This document shows, in pieces, positions 9,274 through 21,000 of a stretch of 64,000 nucleotides of DNA. A program made the position numbers and the translations under genes. Position 1 is the first letter of the stretch. Each line of letters opens with the position of its first letter. Origin of the DNA: an uncultured delta proteobacterium (GTDB lineage: Bacteria; Myxococcota_A; UBA9160; SMWR01); assembly GCA_963832165.1 (NCBI GenBank), contig CAWHTE010000003.1, forward strand, positions 576,001-640,000. Direction: 5' to 3'. Under the pieces are notes generated by a model that did no database searches, was not told the origin of the DNA, and saw nothing but the letters and a program-made list of their open reading frames with translations.

Positions 9274-10662
9274 CTAGGTCACCTCGGGAACGCCTCGCGC
9301 GGCGACCTCCTCCATCACGGGGCGCAGCCACGCGAGGTCATCGCGCGCGCTGCGCGCTGCGTCGAGGTCGATGCCGTAGATGCGTGCTGCGTTGCGGCCG
9401 AGGATCTTCGCCTTCACCTCGGGCGTGAGCTCGGGATAGCCGAAGCGGTCGCGCAGGTCGGCCGGGATCTCGAACGCGCGAAACGCGTCGATCGCGGGCT
9501 GTGGCGAGCCGTACCAGATCGCGTCGGTGCCCCAGAGCACGTGGTCTTCGCCGACCGCGAGCAGGAGCTTTCCGAGCACGTGCGCGGCCTCCTCGGGGCG
9601 GCGGATCAGGCAGAACCACGTGGAGCCGAGCTCGGCATAGACGTTCGCCCCGGGCCGGATGCCGGCGTCGCGCAGGCTCGCGACGAGGCGATTCGTGCCG
9701 ACCGGTGCCGCGTCGGAGTAGGGGCCCTCTTCGGGGGCTTCGCTCGCGGGAATCTCGTAGCCCGAGTGGTAGATCAGGAAATCGAGGTCCGGGAACGCCG
9801 CGGCCGCGGGTCCGACGTCGCGCGGAGATCCGGTCGCGACGAGATTGCTGATGCCCTTGTGCGCGCAGACGCGCCGCACACCAGACGCGCGCACCCGTTC
9901 GAGGAACGGCACTCCGGTCGCTTCATCGTCGAGCCACCAGCCCGATGACGTTCGCTCGCCCGTCCCGAGCGTGTAGACCTTCCAACCGGCCGGCTGGTAG
10001 CGCTCACGTGCAGCGTCCATCGCCTCGAGCCCTCCCGGCAGCTCGGGCTGGACGACGCAGTGGTTGCGCAGGCGGCCGTTGCCGCCGAGCCGCTCGAACA
10101 GCGCGCGCACGCCCGCGAGCTCGCGATCGTGGAGCATGCGGTCGGGTCCCGTGCCCGGCGCCGACGTGAGCACGGCCACGGCGGTCTCGGTCTCGCCGAA
10201 TACGCAGCGCAGATAGGCGGTCATGTCGTAGGCGGTGATGTCGTCGAGCCCGCGCCACCAGTGCGGCGCGACGTCGCTGTACAGCGCGCGCAGGCTGCGG
10301 TTCCAGCGCGCGCACTCGGGCCGGTCGGAGACGAAGTGGGTCTGTACGTCGATCACGACCTCGTCGCCGCCGAGGCAGGCGTCGGCCGCTTCGGCGTCGA
10401 GCTCCGCCTCGGGAGGAACGCGATACCAGCCTCGGCCCGCGGCCGCGTTGAGCGCGCGCAAGCCCGCGGCGGTGCCGCGCCGACTCGCCCAGTAGGGGCC
10501 CAGCGCCAGCGCCGTGCGCGCGGAGTTCGCGGCACCGCGCTCTCGCGCGAGCGAGCGCATGCGCTGCTCTCGCGCCGAGAGCGGCGGAGCGGTGTATTCG
10601 TCGCTCGAAAGTCGCCGCAGGAACGGGGGAAGCTGTTCGGGGACCGCGCGTCGCCGGCTCAC
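9274..10662 (-). CDS. Amidohydrolase family protein (amidohydro_2-like)
   Basis: IDVQTHFV, CAHKG, LIYHSG, VLWGTDAIWYG, KILGRNAARIYG; GTG start just downstream of aroA. Confidence 0.85.
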   Translation of the reverse strand: MSRRRAVPEQLPPFLRRLSSDEYTAPPLSAREQRMRSLARERGAANSARTALALGPYWASRRGTAAGLRALNAAAGRGWYRVPPEAELDAEAADACLGGDEVVIDVQTHFVSDRPECARWNRSLRALYSDVAPHWWRGLDDITAYDMTAYLRCVFGETETAVAVLTSAPGTGPDRMLHDRELAGVRALFERLGGNGRLRNHCVVQPELPGGLEAMDAARERYQPAGWKVYTLGTGERTSSGWWLDDEATGVPFLERVRASGVRRVCAHKGISNLVATGSPRDVGPAAAAFPDLDFLIYHSGYEIPASEAPEEGPYSDAAPVGTNRLVASLRDAGIRPGANVYAELGSTWFCLIRRPEEAAHVLGKLLLAVGEDHVLWGTDAIWYGSPQPAIDAFRAFEIPADLRDRFGYPELTPEVKAKILGRNAARIYGIDLDAARSARDDLAWLRPVMEEVAARGVPEVT

Positions 10663-10675
10663 CGACGCAGCATAA

Positions 10676-11956
10676 TCAAAGGCGCGCGAGCATTCCGAAG
10701 TAATCAGGCCAGGTCTTCGACACGCAGCCCGGATCGCGGATCGCGATGCCGGGTTGTCGCAGCCCGGCCAGCGCGAACGCCATCGCCATCCGGTGATCGT
10801 CATAGGTGTCGATCTCGGCCGCGCGCAGCGGCGCGGGCTCGATCGCAAGCGAATCGGCGGTCGCGACCGCGTGGGCGCCGAGCTTGCGCAGCTCAGTCTC
10901 CAGCGCCGCGAGCCGATCGGTCTCCTTGATCCGCAGGTTGGCGACGTTGCGGATCCGCGTCGGACCCTCCGCGAACGCCGCGACCACGGCGAGTGCGAGC
11001 ACGGCGTCCGGTAGCGCATTCATGTCGGCGTCGATGCCGACGAGCCGGGCCGCGGGCCCGTGCACCTCGGCCCAATCTTCTCCGCGCACGGCGCGGCACC
11101 CCATGCGCTCGAGCAGGTCGAGGATGCCGACGTCGGGCTGGCGCGTCTTGGGGTCGAGTCCCTCCACGCGGACGCGTCCGCCCGCGATGGCGGCAGCGCA
11201 CAATGGGTATGCCGCCGATGACGCATCCGCCTCGATCGCATAACGGCGGCCGGAGTAGGGGGTGCCCGCGCGCACGCGCAGTGCGTCACTCCCATCCCAA
11301 TCAGCGCTCGCGCCGAACGCACGCATCACGTCGAGCGTGAGGTCGACGTAGGGGCGCGACACGAGCTCGCCGCCCGCGAAGCGCAGCGTGACGTCGCGCT
11401 GGGCGTAAGGCGCGGCGAGCAACACTGCCGAGACGTATTGGCTCGATCGCCGCGCGTCGATCGTCGCCTCGCCACCGCGCAGCCCACCGCCCGCGATCCG
11501 AACGGGGGGACAGCCGCGCGCGCCGAGGATCCGGCACTCGGCACCGAGCTGTTCGAGCGCGCGCGTGAGGTCGTCGATCGGGCGCTCGCGCATGCGCGCG
11601 TTGCCGTCGATCGTGACCGGCCCGTCCGCGAGGCATGCCGCAGCGGTGAGAAAGCGCGCGGTGGTCCCCGAATTTCCCGCGAAGAGCGGCGCCTCCGGTG
11701 CGCGCAGGTGCGCGGCGACACCCGGGACCCGCCAGGGCTCGCCGCTCGCGTCGATCGAACAGCCGAGTGCGGCGAGCGAGGCGACCATCACGTCGGTGTC
11801 GTCGCTCGCGAGCGCGCCCGAGAGCTCGCTGGCCCCGTCCGCGAGCGCGGCCACGAGCAGCGCGCGGTTGGTGACGCTCTTCGATCCCGGAACGCGCACG
11901 CGCGCATCGAGCGGACCGCGCGGCTCGATGCGCAGCGGGTCGGGCAGGTCGAGCAT
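10676..11956 (-). CDS. aroA: 3-phosphoshikimate 1-carboxyvinyltransferase (EPSP synthase)
   Basis: PGSKSVTNR, GNSGTTARF, SSQYVS, RIKETDR, DDHRMAM, KTWPDY. Confidence 0.97.
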   Translation of the reverse strand: MLDLPDPLRIEPRGPLDARVRVPGSKSVTNRALLVAALADGASELSGALASDDTDVMVASLAALGCSIDASGEPWRVPGVAAHLRAPEAPLFAGNSGTTARFLTAAACLADGPVTIDGNARMRERPIDDLTRALEQLGAECRILGARGCPPVRIAGGGLRGGEATIDARRSSQYVSAVLLAAPYAQRDVTLRFAGGELVSRPYVDLTLDVMRAFGASADWDGSDALRVRAGTPYSGRRYAIEADASSAAYPLCAAAIAGGRVRVEGLDPKTRQPDVGILDLLERMGCRAVRGEDWAEVHGPAARLVGIDADMNALPDAVLALAVVAAFAEGPTRIRNVANLRIKETDRLAALETELRKLGAHAVATADSLAIEPAPLRAAEIDTYDDHRMAMAFALAGLRQPGIAIRDPGCVSKTWPDYFGMLARL

Positions 11957-12021
11957 GCGGCGAGCAGGCTACCCCACTACCATCACTTCCCGCCCAGATC
12001 ACGGGAGCCCGAGACGCACCC

Positions 12022-13164
12022 ATGTTGAAACGACGCCTGTTCACCCCCGGGCCGGTACCGGTTCCCGAGCGAGTGCAACTCGCGATGGCCCAGCCGATCA
12101 TCAATCACCGCGCGCCGGACTTCCTGCCCGTGTTCGCGCAGTGCAAGCGCGGCTTGCAGCGCCTGTTCCAGACCGAGAGCCCGGTGCTCATGTTCGCGGC
12201 CTCCGGCACCGGCGCGATGGATGCGGCGGTCTCGAACCTGCTCTCTCCGGGCGACCACGCGCTCGTGGTGCGCGGCGGAAAATTCGGCGAGCGCTGGCAG
12301 GAGATCTGCGAAGCCTACGGCGTGCGCACGACGTGCATCGACGTCACGTGGGGCCAGGCGGTCGATCCGGCCGCGGTGGCGGCCGCGCTCGACGCGAACC
12401 CCGACATCAAGGCGGTCTACCTGCAGGCGTCCGAGACGAGCACGGCGGTGCGACACCCCGTGCGCGAGATCGCGCAGATCGTGCGCCGCTCCGACGATCG
12501 CCTGCTCGTCGTGGACGCGATCACCGCGATCGGCGTATACGAGCTGGCGATGGACGCGTGGGGGCTCGACGTGGTGATCTCGGGCTCCCAGAAGGCGTTC
12601 ATGATGCCGCCCGGGCTCGCGTTCCTGGCGGTCTCCGACCGCGCGCAGCGCTTCATGTCCACGGCCAAAGCGCCCCACTACTACTTCTCGCTCGACAAGG
12701 AGCTCGAGGCGCTGCCGACCGACCAGACTTCGTGGACGCCCGCCGTGGGCCTCTTGATGGGCCTGGCGGAGGCGCTCAAGATCATCCTGGACGAGGAGGG
12801 CCTGGAGGCGACCTGGGCTCGGACGGAGAAGCTCGCGTCCGCGACGCGCGAGGCGATGCGCGCGATCGGCCTCGAGCTGCTCGCGCCGGACGCGCCGAGC
12901 CCCGCGTGCACGGCCGTGTTCGTGCCCGATGGCGTCGACGGCGCGGCGCTGCGCAAGTACCTGCGCGACAAGCTCGGCTACACGCTCGCGGACGGGCAGG
13001 GCAAGCTCAAGGGCAAGATCTTCCGGATCGCTCATCTCGGATACTTCGACCGCTTCGACACGATCGCGTGCATCGCGGCGGTCGAGATCGCGCTCGCTGC
13101 GCAGGGCTACGTCCACAAGCTGGGCGAGGGCGCGCGCACCGCGACCGAGCTGCTCCGCGACTAG
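12022..13164 (+). CDS. Class V PLP aminotransferase (serine-pyruvate/alanine-glyoxylate type; probable SerC role next to serA)
   Basis: TPGPVPVP, SGTGAM, VDAI, SGSQKAFMMPPG (PLP lysine), FRIAHLG. Confidence 0.9.
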   Translation: MLKRRLFTPGPVPVPERVQLAMAQPIINHRAPDFLPVFAQCKRGLQRLFQTESPVLMFAASGTGAMDAAVSNLLSPGDHALVVRGGKFGERWQEICEAYGVRTTCIDVTWGQAVDPAAVAAALDANPDIKAVYLQASETSTAVRHPVREIAQIVRRSDDRLLVVDAITAIGVYELAMDAWGLDVVISGSQKAFMMPPGLAFLAVSDRAQRFMSTAKAPHYYFSLDKELEALPTDQTSWTPAVGLLMGLAEALKIILDEEGLEATWARTEKLASATREAMRAIGLELLAPDAPSPACTAVFVPDGVDGAALRKYLRDKLGYTLADGQGKLKGKIFRIAHLGYFDRFDTIACIAAVEIALAAQGYVHKLGEGARTATELLRD

Positions 13165-13182
13165 CGCGCGGGAGGATTACTC

Positions 13183-14777
13183 TTGCCCAAGGTCCTCGTG
13201 ACGGATGGTCTCGCGCCGCAAGGCTTCGAGATCCTCGGGCGCGCGCCCGGGATCGAGGTGGTCGACGCGCCCGGGATGAAGCCCGCGCAGCTGCTCGACG
13301 CGATCGCCGACGCCGATGCGCTGATCATCCGCAGCGCGACTCAGGTCACTGCCGAGGTGATCGCCGCGGCGAAGCAGCTCGCGGTGATCGGGCGCGCAGG
13401 TATCGGCGTCGACAACGTCGACGTGGGCGCCGCGACGACGCGCGGCATCGTGGTGATGAACACGCCCGGCGGCAACACGATCACGACCGCCGAGCACGCG
13501 ATCGCGCTGCTCGTCGCGCTCGCGCGCCACATCCCCCAGGCCACCGCTTCGATGAAGGCCGGCAAGTGGGACAAGAAGAGCTTCATGGGCATGGAGCTCT
13601 ACAACCGCACGCTCGGCCTGATCGGGCTCGGCAACATCGGCCGGATCGTGGCGCAGCGCGCGCGCGGTCTCGGGATGAAGGTGGTCGCGTACGATCCGTT
13701 CCTGTCCGCCGAGGCGGCGGCCAAGCTCGAAGTGGAGCTGCTCGACTTCGACGCGCTGCTCGCGCGCTCGGACGCGCTCTCCGTGCACGTGCCGCGTACT
13801 CCCGACACCGCGGGCCTGCTCGGGAAGGCCGCGTTCGCGAAGGTGAGGCCCGGCGTGCTGCTCGTGAACGCCGCGCGCGGCGGCATCGTGGACGAAGACG
13901 CGCTGCTCGAGGCGCTCGAGTCCGGCGCGGTCGGCGGCGCTGCGCTCGACGTCTTCGAGGAGGAGCCCCCCGCGCCCGACCATCCGCTGGTGGCGCACCC
14001 GCACGTGATCTGCACCCCGCACCTGGGCGCGTCGACCGAGCAGGCGCAGGTGAACGTGTCGATCGCGGTGGCCGAGCAGGTGCGCGACTACCTGGTCGGC
14101 GGCCTGATCAACAACGCGGTCAACGTGCCCTCGATCTCGAAGGAGCTCGCGGCGCGGATCCGCCCCTACCTCGTGCTCGGTGAGAAGCTCGGGCGCTTCC
14201 AGGGCCAGCTGTGCAAGGGCTCGATCGACCAGATCGAGATCGAGTATTGCGGCGCGGCCGCGGAGCTCGAGCGTCGCGCCGATCACGGTCGCGGTGCTCA
14301 AGGGCCTGCTCGAACCGGTGACCGACTCGGTCAACATGGTGAACGCGCCCGGAATCGCGCAGCAGCACGGGATCAAAGTGATCGAGTCGAAGGCGAGCCG
14401 AACCGAGGACTTCGCGAGCGCGATCACCACGCGCGTGTCGGGGTCGGGCTGCGCCAATCGCCTGATCATGGGCGCGGTGTTCGAGGGTCGGCAGCCGCGG
14501 ATCGTGCGCATCGACGACTTCATGCTCGAGGCGATTCCCGAGGGCCCGACGCTGCTGATCCTGAATCGCGACGAGCCGGGCGTGGTCGGCGCCGTCGGCA
14601 CGTTGCTCGGGGCAGGCCGGCATCAACATCTCGCGCATGCAGCTCGCGCTGCACCCGAGGAACGCCGAGGCCGCGATGCTCGTGAACGTGAGCAAGGCGC
14701 CGTCGCAGCAGGTGGTCGAGGCGCTGCGCGCGATGCCGCAGGCGATCTCCGTTCAGGTGCTGGAGCTCGGATCATGA
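13183..14777 (+). CDS. serA: D-3-phosphoglycerate dehydrogenase with ASB/ACT tail; two +1 frameshifts (~14268, ~14610)
   Basis: RAGIGVDNVD, GLGNIG, NAARGGIVDE, TPHLGAST; continues in other frames as VAPITVAVLKG...DEPGVVG and then GINISRMQL...VLELGS*. Confidence 0.92.
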
Positions 14778-16069
14778 CGACGTTGATCGCAGTCGGGGCG
14801 CAGTGGGGTGACGAGGGCAAGGGCAAGCTCGTCGATTGGCTCGCGCCGCGCGCCGATCTCGTCGTGCGCTTCCACGGTGGCAACAACGCGGGACACACGC
14901 TCGTCGTCGAAGGCGACAAGACCGTGCTGCACGTGGTGCCCGCCGGAATCATGAACCCGGGCACGGTGAACCTGATCGGCCCCGGCGTGGTCGTCGATCC
15001 CGACATCCTGCTCGGCGAGCTCGACGAGCTGTATGCGCGCGGCGTGATCAAAGAACCCTCGCGCGTGCGCGTCTCCGGGCGCGCCCACGTGATCTTCGAG
15101 TGGCACCGCGCGCTCGACAAGGCGCGCGAGCAGGCAGCACGCGGGCGCGCGATCGGCACGACGGGCCGCGGGATCGGTCCCTCGTACGAGGACAAGGTCT
15201 CGCGGCGCGGGATCCGCGTGGCAGACCTGCTCGATCCGGCCGTGCTCACGGAGTCGATCGCGCGCGTCGCCGAGCAGAAGAACTTCGAGCTCACCGAGTA
15301 CTACAAGGGCGAGGCCGTCGACGTGCGCGCGGTGACCGAGCGCGCGATCGAGTGGGGCAAGCGCCTCGCGCCCTACGTCGATCGCACCGAGCGCACGCTC
15401 GAGCGCGCGCTGCGGGCGGGCAAGAACGTGCTCTTCGAAGGTGCGCAGGGACACTTCCTCGACGTCGACCACGGCACGTATCCCTACGTGACGTCGTCGA
15501 ACTGCGTCGCGGGCGCCGCGTGCGCGGGCGCGGGGATCGGGCCCACGCGGATCGATCGCGTGCTCGGCATCACGAAGGCCTACACCACGCGCGTGGGCAG
15601 TGGTCCGTTCCCGACCGAGCTCTCGGGCGAGACCGGGGAGCTGCTGCGGCAGCGCGGCGCGGAGTTCGGCGCCACGACGGGACGCCCGCGCCGCTGCGGT
15701 TGGCTCGACGCCGTGATGCTGCGCGATGCGGCCACGGTGAGCGGCTACACCGCGCTCGCCGTGAACAAGCTCGACGTGCTCTCCGACACCGGAGAGATTC
15801 GCATCGCCACGGCCTATCGCATCGACGGCGTCGAGACGGAAGACTTTCCGATGACGCTCGCGGAAATCGAGCGCGCCGAGCCGATCTACGAGACCCACGA
15901 GGGCTGGGAAGGCGATCTGACCGGCTGTCGGCGCTTCGCAGACCTCCCCGCGGCCGCGCGCCGCTATGTCGAGCGCATCGAGGCGCTCGTGGGCGTGCCC
16001 GTCGAGCTGATCTCGGTGGGGCCGGGCCGCGACGAGACGATCGTGCGCACGGATCCGTTCGGAGGCTGA
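14774..16069 (+). CDS. purA: Adenylosuccinate synthetase
   Basis: GAQWGDEGKGK, GGNNAGHT, GTTGRGIGP, GTYPYVTSS, GATTGRPRRCGW. Confidence 0.97.
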   Translation: MTTLIAVGAQWGDEGKGKLVDWLAPRADLVVRFHGGNNAGHTLVVEGDKTVLHVVPAGIMNPGTVNLIGPGVVVDPDILLGELDELYARGVIKEPSRVRVSGRAHVIFEWHRALDKAREQAARGRAIGTTGRGIGPSYEDKVSRRGIRVADLLDPAVLTESIARVAEQKNFELTEYYKGEAVDVRAVTERAIEWGKRLAPYVDRTERTLERALRAGKNVLFEGAQGHFLDVDHGTYPYVTSSNCVAGAACAGAGIGPTRIDRVLGITKAYTTRVGSGPFPTELSGETGELLRQRGAEFGATTGRPRRCGWLDAVMLRDAATVSGYTALAVNKLDVLSDTGEIRIATAYRIDGVETEDFPMTLAEIERAEPIYETHEGWEGDLTGCRRFADLPAAARRYVERIEALVGVPVELISVGPGRDETIVRTDPFGG

Positions 16070-16099
16070 TTCGACGCGCGCGCGGGCGCGGAGGGGTCG

Positions 16100-17344
16100 A
16101 TGAGAATCGCGCTCGTACATCCGCGCCTCGATCACCGCGGCGGTGCCGAGAACGTGGTGTGCTGGATGGCGCGCGGCCTGCTCGAGCGCGGCCACGACGT
16201 GGTCGTGGCGACGCAGCGATTCTCGCTCGAGCGCTGGGACGAGCAGGACTGGCACGGGATTTCGCGCGTCGTTCTGCGCGCGGGAACCTTCGACCGCTAC
16301 AAGCACCGCGCCGCGCGCAAGCGCAGCCCGGGTCATCGCCTGCGCCGCGCACTGGGCGAGCGCGAGTGGATCGTTGCGCACAACTTCCCGTCGCAGGTCT
16401 GGGCGACCGTGGCCGCGCGGCGGATGTCGGGTACGCGCGTGGTCTGGTATTGCGAGGAGCCGCATACCCGCCTTCACCGCCGCGAGACGGCGCCGCGCTT
16501 CGCGGCGGCTCTCGAGGACCCCGACCGCCACCCGTGGCTGCGCGAGGTCTCGCAGGAGTTCGAGAAGCGGCCCGAGCGCGGCGCCCGCTTCGCGGTCGAT
16601 CGGAAGCTCGAGCTCGATGCCGCGGCATGCGTCGATCTCGTGCTCGGAAACAGCGCGTTCACTGCGCAGAGCGCCGCGCGCGTCTACGGCGTGGACGCGC
16701 TTCCGTGCATCCTGGGCCTACCCGAGCCGGCACCCGCCGCCGGTCCGCGCGGGGATCCGTACGTCGCCTGGATCACCTCCGCGAGTCCGCACAAGAACGC
16801 CTTCGGGTTCCTGGAGGCGCTCCACCTCGCGGTGCACGAGCTCGGCGCGCGCGACCTGCGCGTGCGCGCGGTGGGCCTGCGCGGAGAGGCCTTCACGCGC
16901 CGGATCGCCGAGCTTTCGCTCGGCGACGTCGTGCGCGGCGAGGGTTGGATGTCCGACGCCGACCTGAACGCGCTGATCGCGGGCTGCCGGCTGCTCGCCT
17001 ATCCGCCGATCGAGGAGCCGTTCGGCCTCGTGCCGCTGCACGCGATGGCGCACGCGCGCCCCGTGCTCGCAGCGAACGGGGGCGGTCCCGCCGAGACGGT
17101 GGTCCACGAGGTCACGGGGCTGCTCGCGGATCCGCTCGATCCGCGCGACATGGCGGCGCGCCTCGTCGAGCTCTGGAATTCGCCCGCGCGCTGCGACGCG
17201 CTCGGCGCGGCGGGTCGCGAGCGCTACGCCGCGGAATTCACGTTTCGCCACTTCCTCGATCGCTTCGAGAATCACCTGTTCGGGAAGGGCCCGCGCCAGG
17301 CGCTACCTTCCGCAAACTCTTCGCGAGGCGTCGCACGCGCGTGA
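16100..17344 (+). CDS. Glycosyltransferase family 4
   Basis: GGAE near the N-terminus; EEPFGLVPLHAMA...GGPAETV. Confidence 0.9.
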   Translation: MRIALVHPRLDHRGGAENVVCWMARGLLERGHDVVVATQRFSLERWDEQDWHGISRVVLRAGTFDRYKHRAARKRSPGHRLRRALGEREWIVAHNFPSQVWATVAARRMSGTRVVWYCEEPHTRLHRRETAPRFAAALEDPDRHPWLREVSQEFEKRPERGARFAVDRKLELDAAACVDLVLGNSAFTAQSAARVYGVDALPCILGLPEPAPAAGPRGDPYVAWITSASPHKNAFGFLEALHLAVHELGARDLRVRAVGLRGEAFTRRIAELSLGDVVRGEGWMSDADLNALIAGCRLLAYPPIEEPFGLVPLHAMAHARPVLAANGGGPAETVVHEVTGLLADPLDPRDMAARLVELWNSPARCDALGAAGRERYAAEFTFRHFLDRFENHLFGKGPRQALPSANSSRGVARA

Positions 17345-18030
17345 CGGTCGAACCCACGAGGAATCCGTCCCCCGCTCGGATCCGGAAGCGCCGGCTCTCC
17401 TGGAGCACGACGCGACGGCTGCGCCGGAAGACGTCGAAAGGCAAGAAGCTCTCCGCGCGGGACGCGTACGTGTTCGACGAGCTCGAGCCCGGCGACGTGG
17501 CGATCGATTGCGGGGCCAATGTCGGAGAGATCGCGGAGCTCATGGCGTGTCGCGGCGCCGAGGTGCACGCGTTCGAGCCCGACCCGGGCGCGTTCGCGGT
17601 GCTCGAGAAGCGGTTCTCGGGCGTCGCCAACGTCACCTGTCACAACGTCGCCGTGTCGAACCGCGCGGGTCGGATGCGCCTCTACTTCCGCAAGGAGCGC
17701 GAGGACGATCCGCTCGTGTACTCGGTCGGCTCCACGCTCGACTCCGCCAAGACCGACGTCGATCGCGATGCGTTCACCGAGGTCGAGGTGGTGCGCCTGG
17801 CCGACTTCGTCGCGGGGTTCCCGCGCGTGCGGCTGCTCAAGATCGATATCGAGGGTGCGGAGGCGGACGTCCTGTCGGACCTGCTCGAGAAGGACCTGCT
17901 CGAGCGGGTCGACCTCGTGCTGGTCGAGACCCACGAGGAGTGGATTCCGGATCTGTGGCCGCGGCTGCAGGTGATCCGCGAGCAGATCGCGGCGCGGCGG
18001 CTGCGCCACGTCTATCTCAACTGGACTTGA
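17341..18030 (+). CDS. FkbM family methyltransferase
   Basis: IDCGANVG, AFEPDP, LKIDIEGAE; GTGA overlap with the upstream gene. Confidence 0.88.
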   Translation: MTVEPTRNPSPARIRKRRLSWSTTRRLRRKTSKGKKLSARDAYVFDELEPGDVAIDCGANVGEIAELMACRGAEVHAFEPDPGAFAVLEKRFSGVANVTCHNVAVSNRAGRMRLYFRKEREDDPLVYSVGSTLDSAKTDVDRDAFTEVEVVRLADFVAGFPRVRLLKIDIEGAEADVLSDLLEKDLLERVDLVLVETHEEWIPDLWPRLQVIREQIAARRLRHVYLNWT

Positions 18031-18042
18031 TCGTTCGATCGC

Positions 18043-21000
18043 ATGTGCGGCATCGCCGGGATCCTTCAGTTCGAGCGCCACCACGGTCCGGAGGAGATGG
18101 CCCGCTTCGCGCAGGCGATGGCGTCGACAATCGCGCACCGGGGCCCCGACGACGCGGGCGTGTGGGTCTCCGACGACGGACTCTGTGCGCTCTCCCATCG
18201 CCGGCTCTCGATCATCGAGCCCTCGCCGGTCGGGCATCAGCCCATGCACGCAGCGGACGGGCGCGCGGTGATCAGCTTCAACGGCGAGATCTACAACTAT
18301 CTCGAGCTGCGCCCCGAGCTCGAAGCGCGCGGACGGCGTCTGCGCACGCGCACCGATACCGAGGTGCTGATCGAGGCCGTGCGCGAGTGGGGCGGCCTCG
18401 CGTTCCCGCGCCTGGACGGAATGTACGCGTTCGCACTCTACGATCTCGATCGGCGCGCGCTGTGGTTGGCGCGCGATGCGTTCGGCGAGAAGCCGCTCTA
18501 CTACCTGAATGACGGCAAGCGGCTCGCGTTCGCCTCCGAGCTGCACGCGCTGCAGCAGCTGCCGTTCTTCGACGCCTCGATCGCGGAGGAGGGGCTCGCC
18601 GAGTATCTCTGCTTCACGTACGTGGGGGCGCCGCGCACGCTCTACCGCAACGTCGCCAAGCTGCCGCCCGGCAGCTATCTGCGCGTCGAGGCGGACGGGC
18701 GCTCCGCGGTCCAACGCTATTTCGAGTTCGCGCCCGGCAGGGAACCGGGCCAGGAGGAGCGCAGCCTCGACGATCTATCGGACGAGCTCGAGGAGATCCT
18801 CGTCCGACTGATCCGGCGGCGACTGATCTCGGACGTTCCACTGGGAGCCTTCCTCTCCGGAGGAGTCGACTCCTCCACGGTGTGTGCGCTCGTGCGCAAG
18901 AAGCTCGGCGTACCGCTGGAGACCTTCTCGATCGGCTTCGTCGGTTCGGCGGAGTCCGAGCACGAGCAGGCGCAGCGCTATGCCGAGTATCTCGGAACCC
19001 GGCATCACATGCGGGAGATCGCGCCCGACGCGACCGACTTCCTGCTCCACGCCGGCGATCACCTCGACGAGCCCAACGGCGACAGCTCGTGTCTGCCGAC
19101 GTTCCTGTTGTCGGCGTTCGCGCGCGAGCGCGTGACGGTGGCGGTCTCGGGGGACGGCGGCGACGAGATGTTCGGCGGCTACGGGCGTTATTTCCACGCG
19201 CTTCGCAGGAAAACGCGGGTCCAGCGCCGCGGGCGCGGGGGGCGCGCCGCCGAGGTCGGCCGCTTCTACTACGACGGGATGCAGTTCTTCGGCGACGAGC
19301 ACCTGCGCGAGCTGTTCGGGCGCGTGCCGGGCGAGCTCGGCGCGCACCTGGATCGGCTGCGCACCTACGTGGAGCGCGACCACGGACGGCCCGACCTCCT
19401 GATGCGGCTGCGCAAGACCGACGTCGACCACTACCTGCCCGGTGCGGTGCTGGCCAAGGTGGACCGCATGAGCATGCAGCACGGGCTCGAGGTGCGAACG
19501 CCGTTCCTCTCGATCGAGCTCGCGCGCTTCGCCGAGAAGCTCCCGACCTCCGCTCTCTACCGCGACAACGAGGGGAAGGTGCTGCTCAAGCACCTGGCCG
19601 CGCGTTACCTGCCGCGCGAATGGCTCGATCTTCCGAAGCGGGGCTTCGGACTGCCCGTCTCGCAGGCGTGGGGCCAGCGCGAGCTGCTCGATGTGGTCGG
19701 ATCCCTGCTGGAGGATGGCGACAGCGTGCTCGCGGGCGCGCTCGGGCGCGATCGCGTTGCGCGCTTCCTCGCGCGCCAGCGCGATCCGAAGCAGACGCAG
19801 ATCTATCAGCTCTGGGCGATTGGAATCCTCGAGAGCTACCTGCGCAGGCGGCCGGCGACGCTGCCGCGCGGCGATCGCGCGCCCGATCTCATCGACCTCG
19901 AGGTGAGCTCCATCCACCCGCTGCTCGCGCGGCTCGCCGACGAGGCGAGCGCGCGCGGGAGCGAGCTCGTGGTGTTCTGCGGCGAGAGCGTTCCGGAGGG
20001 ATGGCGCAAGATGCCGGCGAAGATCGCGCTGGTGCTGCGCAGCGAGCTGGCGTCGGTCGAGGGAGCGCGCGTGATCCGCGCCGACTGGACCGTGCCGGAC
20101 GGAGCCGGCCTTGGAGCACTCGAGGGCGAGATCGCGGTGGGCGCGCAGGCGGTCTTCGTCGTGCCAGGCGCGGAGAGTCTGCTCACCCCGAACTACTGCG
20201 AGCGCCTCGCGCAGCTCGGATTTGCGAGTGTGGCGGTGAGCGCGCCCGACGACATCGAGTCGGCGGTGATCGATCTGTCGCGGTACAGCGCGTTTGCGCG
20301 TGACTGCGCGGCGGCCTGGTTGCCGCCGGGCCGCCGGATCGGCTCGTTCGGTCATCCGATCCGCGAGAGTGCAGGGCACCGGTTCCGGTCGCGACTCGCG
20401 CGTTCGAGCGGCGAGACCTCGGATCGCTTCGCCGTGACCGAGGGCCGCCGGCCGCTGCTCTTCGGCGATGCGTCGGCCGAGGAGATTCGCGACCTGGGTG
20501 CGGGACGAAATGGCGTGGATGGGCGGCGCGTGTACTTCTCCGCCTCCGACAACTCGGATCCGCGCTACAACCGGCGGCGCTATCGGCTCGTCGATCTGCA
20601 CCAGCGCGGTGTCGCACCCTGGTGGGCCCCCGCGCCGCCCGAAGCGCAGCACCGCGAAGCGGTCGTGCGCTGGATCGACGAAGCGAACCGGCGTGCGCCG
20701 CCGGCGCGCGCGCCGCGCGAGGGCGACACGGTGGCCCTCGTGGTGCAGACGCTCTTCGCGGGGGGCGCCGAGCGCCAGTGGGTCTCTCTCGGCCGCGAGC
20801 TCGTGTCGCGCGGATTCCGCGTGGTGCTGTTCGCGTTCGATCTCGAGCGCGAGAACGCGCACTACCTGCGGCTGGCCCAGCAAGCGGCCGTCGAGGTGCG
20901 CGAGATGTCGCGGCCGGCGTCGCTTCCCGATGCGTCGCCCGCCGGCCCGGCGTTCGATCCGCGCGTGTTGTCGCTCGCCGCAACCGCGCCGGGGTTCTTG

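Noticed and set aside
14260..14620. Programmed ribosomal frameshifting in serA
   Set aside because: No slippery heptamer seen; similar indels are scattered through unrelated genes
14180..16069. SerA-tail/PurA fusion protein (629 aa)
   Set aside because: Produced by the serA frameshifts; purA has its own ATG at 14774 overlapping the serA stop
11565..18030. Very long alternative ORFs (e.g. 11565-14183, 14836-17340, also 24525-27080 and 28007-30145)
   Set aside because: Arg/Ala/Pro-rich shadow frames typical of high-GC DNA, overlapping well-supported genes
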